Shown in pieces: positions 1-14,630 of a stretch of 64,000 bases of DNA; position 1 is the first letter of the stretch; every line of letters begins with the position of its first letter. The position numbers were made by a program, and so were the translations under genes. The notes below the pieces were generated by a model. It ran no database searches and was not told the DNA's origin. It was given only the letters and a program-made list of their open reading frames with translations. The stretch is from Paramecium tetraurelia (lineage: Eukaryota), in the NCBI GenBank assembly GCA_000165425.1, contig CT868671.1, forward strand, positions 191,027 through 255,026, in the 5' to 3' direction.

Positions 1-3000
1 CAATAATTGTTAATCATTCACAATTAATTCGATTACAAACATCTATTGTTTATGATCAGTATCATTTTTCTTATAACGATATTCCTCATAAAAGACTGAA
101 TAAACAACAGGAATAGGATTGAAATCTTGGGGTGTAAATTTCTCAATGTATTTTGAATATCTATCTTAGTATATTTTTTCAGCCCTTGTTTTTAATTACT
201 CACTATCTTCTTCACTGCTAATGGTTTGTTTTTCAGGTATAGATGATTTGGATGAGGGTCTCCCTTAACTCTTCTGCATTTCTGATTGTCTTGTCTATCC
301 AAATAATAATGCTTGATGTCTTTTCAAGTGTTCCTCATAGAAGAATACACATAACTTCTCATCAAAAATAGTGACCACTTAAACCAAACTTTATTGATCA
401 CTCTCTTGATATTCACTTCTTTATCCTCCTCTATATGCACTCCCAGATGAAAAGTTATTTGATTAGACTCTTAGATCATCAACAATCTTTGTAATTACCT
501 TGTCGTACTATTAAACAAATAAATTTAAATCTTCTGGAACAAATAAATAAGTTTCTTTATTTTAAACTACTTAATTTCCATTTTCTAAATCAATTAGATT
601 TGCATATCTATTTTTTGGAGGTGCTTATCCATTCATTAAGAATTCTATTCCAGTTGATTCTATTTCCCTTGAAATGAATGGCAAAATCATCCAAATCAAC
701 ACTTTATTATAAAAGTCATCAATTTACAAAATTGCATTCGACCATTTCTAATCGAACACATCATAACTGATTATATTTAATCTAAATACCTTTCAGATTC
801 GACTGATGAGTTCTCTGATTTTGATTTCTGTCCACTTTATTGTAAAATCTCATCATTTTCATGATACGTTCCTACTTTGTTTTTAGTTACCAATCTCTAC
901 AACCTTTCAATCATTTTATATAACCCTTTAGTTATACCCATGATATTCCCATTCACATCAAATAGAATGTGTTGAGCTCCTTTAAATGCAATATTCTTTA
1001 ATTTCTTGCCCTCATCACCTACAAACTTTGGTTATTCCTCTTCCAATGACTTTAAACATCCAATCATTGTAAAATCATCTTCTAATTCTTAACTAAAATT
1101 ATGTGCCAAATAAACTTAACATCTTATCAATGTTTTATCATACAATTTTGCAAATGTTTAAAAATACTTACCAATTCTTGCCGTAACTCCTCTTCGTATA
1201 TAATTCTACATTATTTCATCATGAATCGGTTCTAGCCATACAGGCATCAAAGTATTGATGTTACCTTTAGTGAAATCTACAAAGGCATTCGTTGGATTAG
1301 GAAATTTTCCAAATCCAAAAAATTTGGGGATCAAAGGAGAAATTACCTTATTTAATACTTTTCCGATATTTGGACCAAATGCTATGCAAACTTTTACTGA
1401 TATTGCTTCTCCCTTAAAAAAGTTAATGTTCGTAATTTCAAACGAATTCATACTCTTCTCAAATGACAGAATTTCTCTCCTTTCTAATGATAGTATTAAT
1501 CTTTACCTTTCTCCATTTCAAAATATTTTCTTACATTATTAAACAATAATAGATCAATTAAAGCGTTTACCTTCAAAAATTGTACATTATAGGTTCTCCC
1601 ATTTTGATAAAATATTTGATAATAAATGTTAAATTGATACATAACATCATCTCTTAATTTCTATAGTTTTTTTATTTGGTCCTCAATTTAAAGATAATCT
1701 GAGAATTTGCCCTCTTTAAATGATTTCCAGAATTAAGATTTAAATTGACTAACCTCTGTTAATAGAGGTATCATATTTTGTTTAACTTGTTCCATTTAAT
1801 AAAGATTTTGAACTATACTTCTTTCACTTTTGCTCACCTATAATTTCACATTCGAAACTCTGGTCTCTTTATTTATATTATAATCCTCATCTTTTTGCAT
1901 TTAAGCTTAGAGTATGAATTGTAATAATAAACACATTTAAATGAAATAAAACGAGTAATCTCGCTTTTTCTAAAAAAAGATTTTAAGTTCTTAATAAGTT
2001 TTTGGGGCATTATGTTTGTATTTATTAATAAATGTTAAGAACTTTAGACTGAATATTTCAAACACTCTTAAATCCTGATAATTTAATTTGTGTTTCTCAA
2101 AGCTTCCCTTGAACAAACAGGAAATCAAAAGCACAGTTTCGTCAAATAATAGAATTTTCTATGATCCTATTTTCCTGCATTAACATTTAGTTGAATTGCA
2201 TCTATTCATGTGAAGACTGAATTTTTATATTAATTCGATTTCCTTAGTTTTATTTTTTTGTGCTAATTAACTCAACTCAAAGAAATCTTCAATGTATAGC
2301 AACTCATAATATTGATTATTTGTCTTGTTTATTGAGAGGTAAGCATTTGCTCTTTTGCTATCAAAAAGAATTTAAAACAAATATTATACAACTGGCTGCA
2401 TAATTAACATGATAGTTGCCAAGCTGTAAGGACTGGCTGTACTCAAAGCCTTGATTGAAGAGAATAGGAATACAACAGAATGAGTCATTAAAGCTCTATT
2501 AAATATATATCCTTATTGAGAAAATCTAAAATATCTATAAATAACTTACCCAAAAGGCAATTAAAAATATGCTTCATAAATTTGCATCGCCAATATTAAT
2601 CCATGCAAGGTCCTACTCACTATCTGTGTGATTTCATCATTCTTCAAATAGAGGATAGCCATGGGTATTACAAATGTCTACGCAATTAGATTATTATAGG
2701 AAAAATGCTTTCTTAGATGTTGCTCGTTGAATTCAAAATTCACAAAATATACATTCGAAATTGTCAGAGTCAATACTGTAAAAAATAGAACAATAGTGGC
2801 TATGATATTAAGAGAGCTATCGGATTGGAGATAATTCCATCCTATGTAGTACAATTAGGGCAAATACAAAAACCATGTGAAATATAGAAAATAAAAGTTA
2901 ATTATCATGGTAGCCATCTGAATATATTATATATATTATTACTTGTAATATGCTTTTAGATATATTACCTACTTTCTTGTTCACATTCTTAATTCTCCTA

Positions 3001-3284
3001 TAGATTACTATAAGGTATGGGATGATATTTAATATGATGATAATCACTCCAATCAGTATGTTGATTTCATATGTCTCTATAAATATTGGGGTTATCAAAC
3101 TAATTCTTGATAAAGCATTAATTAAACGATATATGTATTCGTGATTTTCGCTTATTAAGAAATAAGTTAACTACAAATAGTAAACTGTTATCTAAAATGT
3201 TGTGAAATAAGAATTATTTAAAGATGGTGACAAGTTGGTTTAAATGATTAAACTTATGAATTCCCCTAAAAAATTCCATCTCAT
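1..3284 (-). CDS. Multi-pass membrane PAS-domain protein (TmcB/TmcC-like), 3' end runs off the window
   Basis: Code-6 translation from ATG 3284: MRWNFLGEFISLIIQTNLSPSLNNSYFTTFQITVYYLQLTYF, followed by hydrophobic helices (ILIGVIIIILNIIPYLIVIY) and a PAS-like segment NINTLMPVWLEPIHDEIMQNYIRRG...IGKYFQTFAK at ~1290-1150. Confidence 0.75.
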
Positions 3285-3959
3285 ATTTAAATCAATTTTA
3301 TTATTGCAGAAATTATCAAAATTATGATAAATATATTTATCCTAATGATCAAAAACATTTAATCAGTTCTCAAAAAAGTGTAAAATCTCTAAACTCTCTT
3401 TACAAATCTCAATTTTTGAATATAAACTCAATTGGATCTTTTTCAAAATAAATATAGCAAATCCAATTTTAAAGTTTCAAAATTAATTTGTTGTAAATGT
3501 AATCTTAATGATTTTATTGGGAGACTAATGTAATTAGATTTCCTTATTTGAAATGGGATCAAAAAAATAATAAATGAATGATATTTAAGAACTAAATTTT
3601 TATGTTAAGAGCTTCTAAGGTAATGAATATCAGAAATAAATAATTTACTTAATGAAATAATATTATATTTAATAATATCCATTTTTCCCTACTAATAAAG
3701 CAATAAATTTAACTATTTAAATAGAGATGAACAAAATTCAACTTTTCTTTTTGTTTTGTAATCATTTTTAATTATTCTATTTAAATATAATCTATATTTA
3801 AAACAAAAGATAGAATTATATTTAAGATATTCTACACATTCCAATATTTATTTTTTCACTTAAAAACAAGTGATTTGTCATAAAGGCAAATTGTGGCGTG
3901 TAGAGATCTCATTTAATATAATGCTTTAATTACCTAAATTGAATTATAACCATAAAAAT

Positions 3960-4790
3960 AATAATGAAGAATTTATATATAATTGAATTTCTATTTTAGT
4001 TCATTAATTACGTTTCAATTGGAATTTAAGTAGGGTCAACCTATGTTTCCTGTTTGATTGGTAGATAGTGAAAGTGCCATTTTTTGTAATAAGGATAAAC
4101 GAGGAAAAATATTTTTGTGGAAGATTGTGTATATTTGAATTGTTATTTGAAATAATCACAGGGACCATTATTAAATTGATAAAAAACTTAAGTTTCTAAA
4201 AAAGAGAAAAGAAGAGGGAAATTAAACACCTTGTTTAAGGAAAAAAGTAATTTATTGATGTTCCAATTCAATAATAATCCACATAAGATATTTAATTTTT
4301 ATATTGATATAAGTGGATTAGATGAGAACTTTTTTGATAAAAGTAATATTGATACATAATAGTAACTGTAGATTCAATAGAAGAGACTGAGGAATCATTA
4401 AAAAAGTATTATCAAAGTTGCATAATATTTTTAGAAATCCAAACTTTCAAATAGTTTGAGAGAATTACCATGAGAAACATAAGTTTTTGAATTCAAGACA
4501 TTGTTAGAGATGGAAAGTATTGAGGATCAAGTAAAATCCTCAGTTCGGTGTAAAGATATAATTTTGATACTCATGTGTTTCGTATGAGTTGACATCATAA
4601 CTAATTTTTAATTTATAATAGTTTTAGGTCCCAGCGTTTGAGTATAATATATAACAAACAAGTTGATGAATGTTAAGTTATATATAAAATTGTTTATATA
4701 TATGCAAAGATATACAAGAAAAGAACCTTAAATAAACAAGGAAGAGAGTAATTGGAACTTCTTTGAACACATAAATTGAGTTAGTTTTAA
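3960..4790 (+). pseudogene. Possible decayed gene remnant
   Basis: Purine-rich, coding-like composition with short open stretches (ETQVFEFKTLLEMESIEDQVKSSVRCKDIILILMCF) interrupted by TGA; I could not build a continuous model. Confidence 0.3.
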
Positions 4791-5071
4791 TAACATTAAT
4801 AAATGTTAAATTTATAAATATCTCAAAATATTACTTTAATTTGAGGTAAAGTGGACATCGTTAAATACTTATACGTAATCTTACAAGTATTTAAGAAATA
4901 AGTAAAATGGGGATGATTAATATTTGAAAATAGAGATTTTAGTATTTTTTTTGATAACTTTGATCTTATCTATTATTTATTCTATTTTAAATCATAACAT
5001 GATATGGAAAAGATTTATTTTTCATTTGAAATATTTCAATTATTTTGTGTGATTAAGAAATATTAAAATAA

Positions 5072-8000
5072 ATGATAACTTTTGCATTTTTTTTAGTAGT
5101 GATCTAAGCTGAATATGTGAAACAAATACTTCGTGATCTATCTGACTTGAGCGAATTTACACCGACGCCAAAAACTCAGGTTTGTTCAGTTCAAAATTAC
5201 GACATGGTGATTTTAGATCAACAAAATCCTTCACTATCCCTTAAGACACCAATTGAAAAAGCGCATTATTTTATACGTCTTTATGTTGACTATATGTTTT
5301 TGGAATAATGGTAAGGTGATACAATATAAGTACTACTTAATAACAATAAAATTGATGAATATACATACATATAGACTGATAAATCTGATTAAGGACGTAT
5401 TTGTAGGGAGTATATATATTAGTTATTCATTTTAGTTCCACCAATTCAAAATATATGACCAGGGAAATTGAGTTTTATCATATAGATTAGTATCTGGAAT
5501 TATAATTCTAGGTATTATATAAGGATTCAACTATTTCTTCGCCTGGTGCCGATTATTTACCTAAACTTGGAATCCGAAACATTTAAGTTAATGCATTGGA
5601 ATGTCACCCATAATGCTCAAGTTGCAGTGGCCCAACTGAAAATGATTGTAGAACATGTCCTTAACTTGCTAAAAAAGGCAAAGTATCCAATACATGCAAG
5701 TGTCCTAATTCAACCCCTTACATATATGCTGATAATTGTATTGCATATTGTCCCAAGAATACATTTCTAAATGAATTCAAAGTGTGTTTTGGAAGTTCCT
5801 TGATAAAAAACTTGGAGAGTTCCTTATTAAACTCTTTTGATCATGGACAAAATAATAAATAATCCTTGTGGTCAATTTCCATGACACGCACCACAAAGGA
5901 TCAATTACTATTTAGACATAAGGACAGTTATTTAATTGGTAAATTTGAGGAGAGATAGACCCTCACAGTTAGCTAGTATAGCTTGATTGGACATCATAGG
6001 ATAAGAGTAAGATTTAATTTATATTTATTCTACACATGGGCTGTTAATGAATATATAATAACAATTATTGATGATGTCAGACAAAAACCATTATTATATA
6101 GTAAGGATGGATTCATCAATTATGCAAACAATGATTCATGTACAAATTAGGAGATTAATGAATGCTAAGTTTTCCTTGTAGATTACTATCTGAATCACAC
6201 AAGTGATAATCTAAAAATATAAATATATAGTGATACATACAAATAGAGTACTTCGAGATGGGCAATATCTGATTTTTTTATAGATGCTTTGAAATGCACT
6301 GAAAATTGTGCGAAATGTTTGAATGATTAGGTTTGTGTTAAATGTGAAACTGGGTTTTTATTACTCAAGCAATAATGTGTAGTTACTTGTCCCCTATCTT
6401 ACAGTTTTTAGAAGGATAACAAATGTGTAGAAATGGATGATGAAACAGAATGTATTATAATAATTTAATTTTAGATTCTGAATACTTATTGAAAGAATTA
6501 GTTTCAACTAAACTTCATGGGACCATACCGGGTGTCACTAGTTACTTTAATGGATATCGTCATTTGGGAGGTCTATCAGTTTCAACTACAAGATACAACC
6601 AAAAATTTTAATATTTAAAACCCCATTATTAAATTAGAGCTGCATTCAAAGTGGATTTATTAAATACTAATCAATCTTAAGGATATGTGAGTATAAATCT
6701 AGGAAATTATACACAAATTGTTAATACAGATCCTGCTAGGATGTTTTAAACAACAACTGTTAATTTCACATTTGCTCACTCTTCAAAATATTTGAAATTA
6801 GCAATCATTTCATCTAGTTTCAATAATTATTTTAGATCAGGAATTTCAAATATGAGAATAACCATTGATTATTGTTATCCAACTTGTACAGCATGCACAG
6901 GACCAGGAATCAATGAATGTTTACAATGGTCATATGATCCAAATTATGATAAGTAATCAAATCTTTGTTAATTGTCTACCTACTTCTATAATGATTCATG
7001 CATTTCTTGTGACTCACAATGTTAATCATGCAGTCAGTAAAACTATTGTACCTTATGTTCATCCGCCTATACATAATCTGGATAGTCATGTTATTGTAGC
7101 AAAGGTTATTATTTGGATGAATCGAATACTTGCTAAAAGTGTTTTGAGAAGTGTTCAGGATGTTTAGGACCATTGTAAGAAGATTGCTTTGATTTATAAT
7201 CCAAAGAAATAGCTTGTGATATTTCAAAAGGGTATTAGAATGGATAAGAATGCAATGATGGCAATTATAATATTAGAGATGGTTGCTCTAATTGTATTAT
7301 GGATGAAGGTTGGTCATGTGTAAATCAAATAGGCAAATAATCAATTTGCATTAAATGTCCTCTGAATTGTATGGATTGTAAACAAAATTAAAATAAATTA
7401 TAATGCTTATAATGTTAGCCTGGCTATTTCTTTTATTAGAATGGATGTTTCCAATGTAAATCTGAATGTCTAGAATGCAATTACATAGATTAATGTACTA
7501 AATGTACTGTACCTACTATCATTCCATTAAATGGTAAATGTTCATATTGCGAGACTGAAAGGGGTTACTATGAAGTTAATGGAAAGTGTTAATCCAAATG
7601 TGGAGATTATCGATTGACCGCAGAAGAGCAATGTGATGATGGAAACTTAATTGATGGGGATGGTTGCTCTTCCAAATGTACTATTGAAACTGGATTTTCA
7701 TGTTCAAATGGAATATGCTCAGTTGTTTAATTATAAAACAATTTAGAATTAAAATATTCTAATAAAACTACTACTAATACTCTCAAATTAGATTTTGGTG
7801 AGTATCCAGCTAAATGTGATGAGAAGTATGTCAAAGTCTATCTAGAGAATTTTGATCCAAAAGACTTCAAGGTTTTCTTAAATCTAAAAGAAGAAGGTTC
7901 AATGAAATACTGTTAAATTTCATTTAAATTTTATAGAAATGTCAGAGATTATGATGTAATCCATGTGATATTTTATAAAAATAAATAAAGGCTATTATCA

Positions 8001-9317
8001 GTGGATTTTGAAGAAATGATAATCTAAGCAAGAAGTGAAACATTCTATAGTGACGAGGAAGAGCAATAAGCACAATAAGTTTAACAATTACAAAGTAATT
8101 TTGTTTCAGCACTTTACTTTTTGGGTCCAGGCACTATTCTATTGGGTGGTTTTAACTTTTTCTTTAGTATTTTGGATATCTTGGCTTGGTTAAATAATTT
8201 CTATTATTTCAACGTGATGTATCCAGCTAATGTTAATATCATATTTTTAAATCCTGCATGGGAATTAATGAACCCATTTGATTTTACTCCAATCGTCAGA
8301 GTGGATACTGATAAGGATTATATTGAAAGTCCTTTCAGATTTGAACAAAAGGGAGTTGACCCATATTTCCTTAATAACATGATGATGTGCTTCGTGACTT
8401 GGCTACTATGCGCTGGTCTATTTCCCATCTGCAAATGCACTATTTTCATAATTGAAAGGATTTATCAAAGGAGTCCGAAACAAAAGGTTAGGACTGTTAA
8501 GATTAAATAAATGCCAGTGTTTCATTTAGATTAAAACTTAGAATCCCAATAACCAGAAACTGAAGTAAAATTAGAAGAACCTAAACTGTTTCCATCAATA
8601 GTTCAATATATTTATAATAATGCATATGAGTACTAGATCAGTTTCAGAGCCATCATCATTAAATAATTAAATTTGGTTTACTTGGACATATGTATGGCAA
8701 GTGTTTTGCAATTGCAATTTATGGACAAAAGTGATTAGCCACTAATTTTCTCCTAAATTTTCCTATCATTTATGGGATTGTTTATTTGTATATCTATTTT
8801 TCTCATTGCTATAAAGGTGTCTAAGTAATCCAGTTTGCTTTTGAATACAAAATCATATCAATTTGATTATAGTACTTTGTATGAAGGAATAGATGTCAAA
8901 TCTGATATATCAAAGATGTATTTTAGTATAAGTTTTGCAAGGAAGATGTTGTTTATTGTATTTTTAGTTGGGTTGTACCATTATCCACTCTTTTAAACAT
9001 CATTTTGTTGTGCTGCAAGCTTTTTAAATGTGATGTTGCTTCTTTACAAGAATCCTTTTGAGAGTAAGGTTGACTATATTCAAAATGCAGTTCCAGATGC
9101 TACTATATTTTTTGTATTAGTTCTTTGTGTCGTTTTAGCATTCGACGACAAAGAATAAAAGTATTCTTCGAAAACTAGGACCAATATTGGATGGGCCATG
9201 TTAAGCTTTATTGGTTTGTCAGTTTTAACCCAATTAGGATTGATTTTAAGGCAATTAATCATAGACATCAAAGAAAACTTCCAATGGATCAAAAATAAAT
9301 TGTTCCCCTCTGATTGA
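5072..9317 (+). CDS. Cysteine-rich (furin-like and Myxococcus-type Cys-rich repeat) surface protein with C-terminal multi-TM region
   Basis: Signal peptide [13 protein letters not shown]; CxxC repeats; [35 protein letters not shown] (~7600-7700); several TM helices after ~8100; TGA at 9315-9317; introns 5410-5435 and 6452-6474. Confidence 0.8.
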
Positions 9318-9445
9318 TTCTTATATTATTTTCATTAATATGCAACAACATTTTTAATAATAATAATTATGTATACAACTATTATTTTATATCAATTAAT
9401 ATATATATTATTAGTATATTAATTTAAATTTGAAGTTCAATAAAC

Positions 9446-11027
9446 ATGAGCAGAAGTAAAATTATTATGTAAATAAGAAAAGAGAGTTTCCTGGTTTTTT
9501 GAGAGTCAACCTGAACCCAAAGAAGAATAAAATCCATCTTCCCTACATAACAACACAGTTGAAGAATAAAAATAAGATTAAAAAATCCCTTCAGCATAAA
9601 TCGCTCAACCAATTTAGGCTGTTGCTTAGGCTCCACAAACCATACCAACAACCCAGTTTGATATAGAAAGTAACAGAACTCGAAAAATCTCATTCATCCC
9701 ATTTATAGGCAATAGAGTTGCTGAATCTACTCCGCCAAAATTAAGTACAATTTTTGAAGAATAACCAAGTTCAAAAAAATAGGAACCTCAATAAAACAAG
9801 GTTCCTGTAGTTTAATAAACTTAAATACAAATGTCTGTCTAAAAATAACCAACAATTCAAACCTAAATTATTCAAACACCACAATAACAACCATTTCGAA
9901 CACCTAAGGCAATTCAAATTGAAGAAAATAGTGGAAAGTAATCCTATAGAAAAAATGTGAAACCAATTGAAATAGACATTGTCAAAGAACTCCAACAATT
10001 GAGTTCATTGGCTGAAATGAATGAGGCAACTTTGAAAAGAGTGATCACAAGAGAGGAATAAGAAATTTTAATTATTTAAGATTTATTGACTTAAAAGATA
10101 AGCAAACTTCAATAAAAGTTGATCCAATTAAATGAGATTGAATAAAAACAACTAGATTCAAGGATGAGTAATAATAATAAACTCAATCAACTACAAGAAA
10201 GAGAAAATATTATTGAAAATTAATTGGATGAACCAAAAAAATAGGAGTAAAAAGGATCTTCTTAACAAATAAGAGCTATCTTGATATAATGTCTTGGATA
10301 TAAAGTAAGTCATATCTATTATGATAAAAAATAATATCAAATCACATTTACATATAAATAGGCTAATGTCTAATACACATTTTAGAATCAGAAGCAGATT
10401 GATGCCAATCTAGAAGTTTAGGAGATATTTAATGAATTCTATAGAGAGTTACAAGAGAATAGATTGGTGTTATCTGGTTTGAAGGTTGATTACAAGTAAA
10501 AAACGGAAATAAACAAAGGAGAATTACTATAATTGTCGTTGAAACATTAATTTTAAAATTCCAATAAGATGGCTAATGAGATCATCTTTTCAGCCATCCA
10601 TTAGATGCCAATATTGTTATCTAAGGTGGATGAATTGGAATAGTAATTGCTTTCTAATAACAAAATTTGGGGTACTTTGTGGAAATTGGATTCAGAGAGA
10701 GGATCTATATAGATTTTGTTTAGTCATAGATGCAGAATAGATGACAAAAATTTATAATCTAACTCAAAAAAGAAAATTATAAGATTTGAAATAAATTTAA
10801 GAACTTTCGAAATTCAATACTAATTTTACAAATATTTTGATGAAATCATATCTCCCTTCATTTAAAAGGATTCTAAGAGGAAAAAAAGTGTTTCAGAAAT
10901 CTCTTTTGGTGAAAGAGCTGAAGGTTTAGTGAGTGATGAATTTACAGAGGCGATTCAAGATTATTTATCCAGAAAACCAAATTTATAGGAACTCGTAGAG
11001 TGGTTGAATATTATATAACTCAATTGA
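9446..11027 (+). CDS. Hypothetical protein, Q/P-rich N-terminus plus coiled coil
   Basis: MSR|KKRVSWFFESQPEPKEE after removing 22-nt intron 9456-9477; ends ...ELVEWLNIIQLN-TGA. Confidence 0.65.
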
Positions 11028-11061
11028 AATTGTATATTTTTCATTAAATAAATTTTTATTA

Positions 11062-14000
11062 ATGCTCAACTCTTCAGAATAGGCTGCCACATCAACTTTA
11101 AATGATAAATTGGAGGATCTAAAGAAAATAATGAAGCAATATTAAAAGTATACATCCGATTCATAAAACGAATTTGAGTAACATTTTAAGAAATATGGAC
11201 CATTCAATAAATAATACTCTTAGTAGATTTCATTAACAGTTAATGATCCAATTAGCTTAGGTATTTTACTATATTTAAATCAAGGATAAAATTTGATGGA
11301 ATTCATCTAGCTCTTTGAATTAATATCAAAAACTACTCTTTCATAATGTTCAGAATTTTCGTAATTCTTTTCTCAAAGTATCGAGCAATATAATGAGAAG
11401 ATGAGTATTTTCACCAAAATAATAACAGATGGTAATTTCTAATAGTCTTAATAACTTGCTCAACATAGATAAAATTGGAAAAAAGCCAAAGATAAATATG
11501 ATAAGCTATGTAAGGAGATAGAAGTGACATTGAGTTCAAGTAAAAAGAATTCAGGAGATGCCTTGACTGGATATGATCTCAACATATCCCAAAAAAACGA
11601 TTAGAAATTGAAGGAATTAGTTAAACAAGTAGATCCTGCAGAATAGCAATATAAGGATGCTTTTGAAATTTTGACAATCAAAACGAAGGAATTCAATTAA
11701 GCTATTGATGATTCTAGATAGTAATTAATTCAAGCTCATTAATCGACCTATTAAAGATTTGTAGAAATTGCAATTAAACTTGATCAACATAAGTTATCAG
11801 CCAATTATTAGATTAAAGCTTAGATTCATGAAAAGTAGGAAAAGATCTTAACTATGCCAAAATATGAATACGAAATTGAAGATCGAATAATTACATCTAA
11901 ATATGAATAGGATAACTAATTTAGATACATTAATACCATGAATAAAATAATTGAAAAAAAACCAATAACAGATGCTGAATATACAATGTTTCCAGATATA
12001 CTTCACAAACATATTGATGCTCAATTGAATTTTATCAATGAAAGACTCAAAAATCAAAAGGCTCTACCAAGTTATCTAGTAGAAATATCCAATCAAATGG
12101 ATGCAGTATCAAAAAATTTATAAAAGTCAATCAAATCAGCATTATAATTTATTTAAGTAATTAATTTATTCATTCTTTTAGGATAAATCAGACAAAGATA
12201 AATCAAACTTCATCAAACCAATTCTATAAGTTTAAGAATTATTAGTTAAATAAAATGATTAATATTCTAAAAAGTATTCATCTTAATCATAATTTATTTA
12301 ATTGAAAGCTTAAGGTCTAGATTAGTTGATAAAGGAACAAAAGATTTAAGAAAAAAGCTTTTTAAACATGTACCAAAAGATGCTAAAAGATTTTTAAGCC
12401 TTCAAATAATAAATGTTAGAAAATGAGTCAAAACCATAAGTTAAAGAAAATTACCTTTAATAATTAAAAAAATCTATTTAAGAGAATTGTACTGCTATTA
12501 AATTCTCCATTGATTAGATTAGAGCTAACGAATTCCAAAGATCTAGTCATTTTATATAAACTATAGAGTAAATAATTAGTCACTATTCTACATTTATGGA
12601 AGAAATTATATCATAAATAAAATAATAGGATGAAACTCTATCTTAAATTTAGGAAAAGATTGGATAAACTGATTATGGAACAATTATTAACACTAAGCTT
12701 GAAAAAATAGATTTGAAATTCTAAAAGAACTTCGAAATGACTGATGAAATCAAATCTAAAATAGAAACAGCTAATTTACTATAACAATAGGAAGAAAGTG
12801 AAAGTGATGACATTAACTTAGAGGAAGGTTCTGTCAAAATTTCTTAAAAACTGATTGAAAAGTTTAGAATCTTAGATGGAGACAAATGTATTGCCAGTTA
12901 TGCATGTGCATTCGATAATAAAATTCTATTGTAAGGAAGGATGTATATTTTTTCATCTAAAGTTTGTTTTCACTCATATTTTAATGGAAAAGTATATAAT
13001 TTAATTTAATAAGACTCTATTTGGGACTACTGCTTTAGGCATTCCTTCAATTGATATATAAAGTATTAGAAGAACTAAGGCATATATGGTAGACGCAGCA
13101 CTTGAATTTAAAACATCAAAAGGAACCTTAGTCTTTGCAAGTTTATCGAATAGAGACAGAACATTGGCAAGCTTGAAACAGGTAAAAGGATTAGAACAAG
13201 GAATTATTGAAGAAAAAACAGAAAATGACCCAGAAAGAAATACACAGTCACCTATTTTAGAATCATAACTATTAGCTAAACCTTAAGATAAATAATCAGG
13301 AATGAGAAGTCCTTCACCAAAACCTTAAACCAGTTTCACAGAAGCTATAAATTTAAAGAGTTTAGATTAATCAAATGATAAATTATAATAAATTGATAGG
13401 AGCCCTAAAGGTTAAATTGCCTAATAATAATAATAATAATAATAGTAATAATAATAATAATAATAACCTATAATTTAATTATAGCAAATTCCTTAAATAA
13501 TAATTAATGAACCAACCTAACAAATATAGGAAATGAAGTCTTCTCCTGAATCTTCTTCCTAATAGAAATTAAATTAAACTACAAATTCATAAGTAACAAC
13601 TGAAAAAAAATAACAATAATCTGAAAGTTAAGAATAATCTAATCCTGCTTTACCCAAGGTTTCTCAATTTGAGGTTGATAAGAATAATAGTCTATATAAT
13701 GAAATAATGATTTAAAATAAATAGAATAGATTCATGAATTAAGCTAACATCGTTAAATTCAAAATTCAATTGAAGGTGACAGTTACAGAATTTATTGATT
13801 TCTTTTTATTAGATACTCCTTATGAAAATTGTCTTTCATTTCCTCATTACTATTAACAAGTGTTATGTTAGGATAAGGAGGTTGAATTTAAAAAATATTA
13901 ACCATAACCTTAACTTGGATAGATTTCAAAAAGAACAATTAATTTTATTCATCCAGTTAAAGAAAAACAAATGTTTGCACCAGATGTAGTTCATTGTTTT

Positions 14001-14630
14001 GCAGAAGACATTCTATATTATTTTAATCAAGATGAAATTTTGATAGAAAAGGAAGTCAAATTTGCTAAAATACCTTATGCAGACAGTTTTTGTTGCAGAG
14101 TATTTTGGCATATCCATTAAATAGAGGGTGGTGGATGTCAGGTAAATTATGGATTTTATATTCATTTTATGAAATCAACTGTTTTTAAAAGTAAAATTGA
14201 AAGTGGAAGTAAAAAAGAAAACACTGAAGTTTGGGAGAAATGTTTGAAATAAATATACGAAGAAGGGCAAAATAAGATAATAGCTAAAAGAATATAGAGT
14301 GAGAGATCCCAACCAAAAACTGAAGTTGCAAGTTTGTTTTCAGCAGAACCTCAAGTTGAAAAAGTAATTTAACAAAGGGAAAAATATGAGACATAATAGA
14401 TAAATTTAGAAGAATTGTAGTAAGAATCTTAAATGTTAACAAATAATTAAACTAAGTAATAAAATTAAGAATTATTGATTGATAAAAAAATTAAGGATGA
14501 TGTTATTGATAAATAGCAAATATTATCTGGCTAAATAGAGTTGAATTCAAAATTAGATAAATTGATTCAATTATCCTATGCGCTAATTGGTATTTTAATA
14601 ATTAATGTTTTGCTTACATTAGGAAAATGA
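11062..14630 (+). CDS. LAM/Aster (GRAMD1-like) lipid-transfer protein: F-BAR-like + GRAM + VASt + C-terminal TM
   Basis: GRAM motif ASYACAFDNKILLQGRMYIFSSKVCFHSYF (~12890-12980); VASt motif KIPYADSFCCRVFWHI...FMKSTVFKSKIESGS (~14065-14210); terminal TM LSYALIGILIINVLLTLGK; N-terminal helical region AKDKYDKLCKE...AEQQYKDA. Confidence 0.8.
13422..13466 (+). repeat. (TAA)7 TAG (TAA)7 trinucleotide run encoding Q15
   Basis: In frame within the GRAM/VASt gene, between the two domains. Confidence 0.85.

Noticed and set aside
1255..1542. Supplied plus-strand 95-aa ORF and similar track entries (6976-7227, 9424-9693, 9771-9998, 39943-40197, 48897-49329, 53223-53567, 53882-54534)
   Set aside because: Antisense shadows of real code-6 genes on the opposite strand
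13422..13466. Tandem TAA run resembling a stop-codon array or microsatellite
   Set aside because: It is an in-frame polyglutamine tract under the ciliate code
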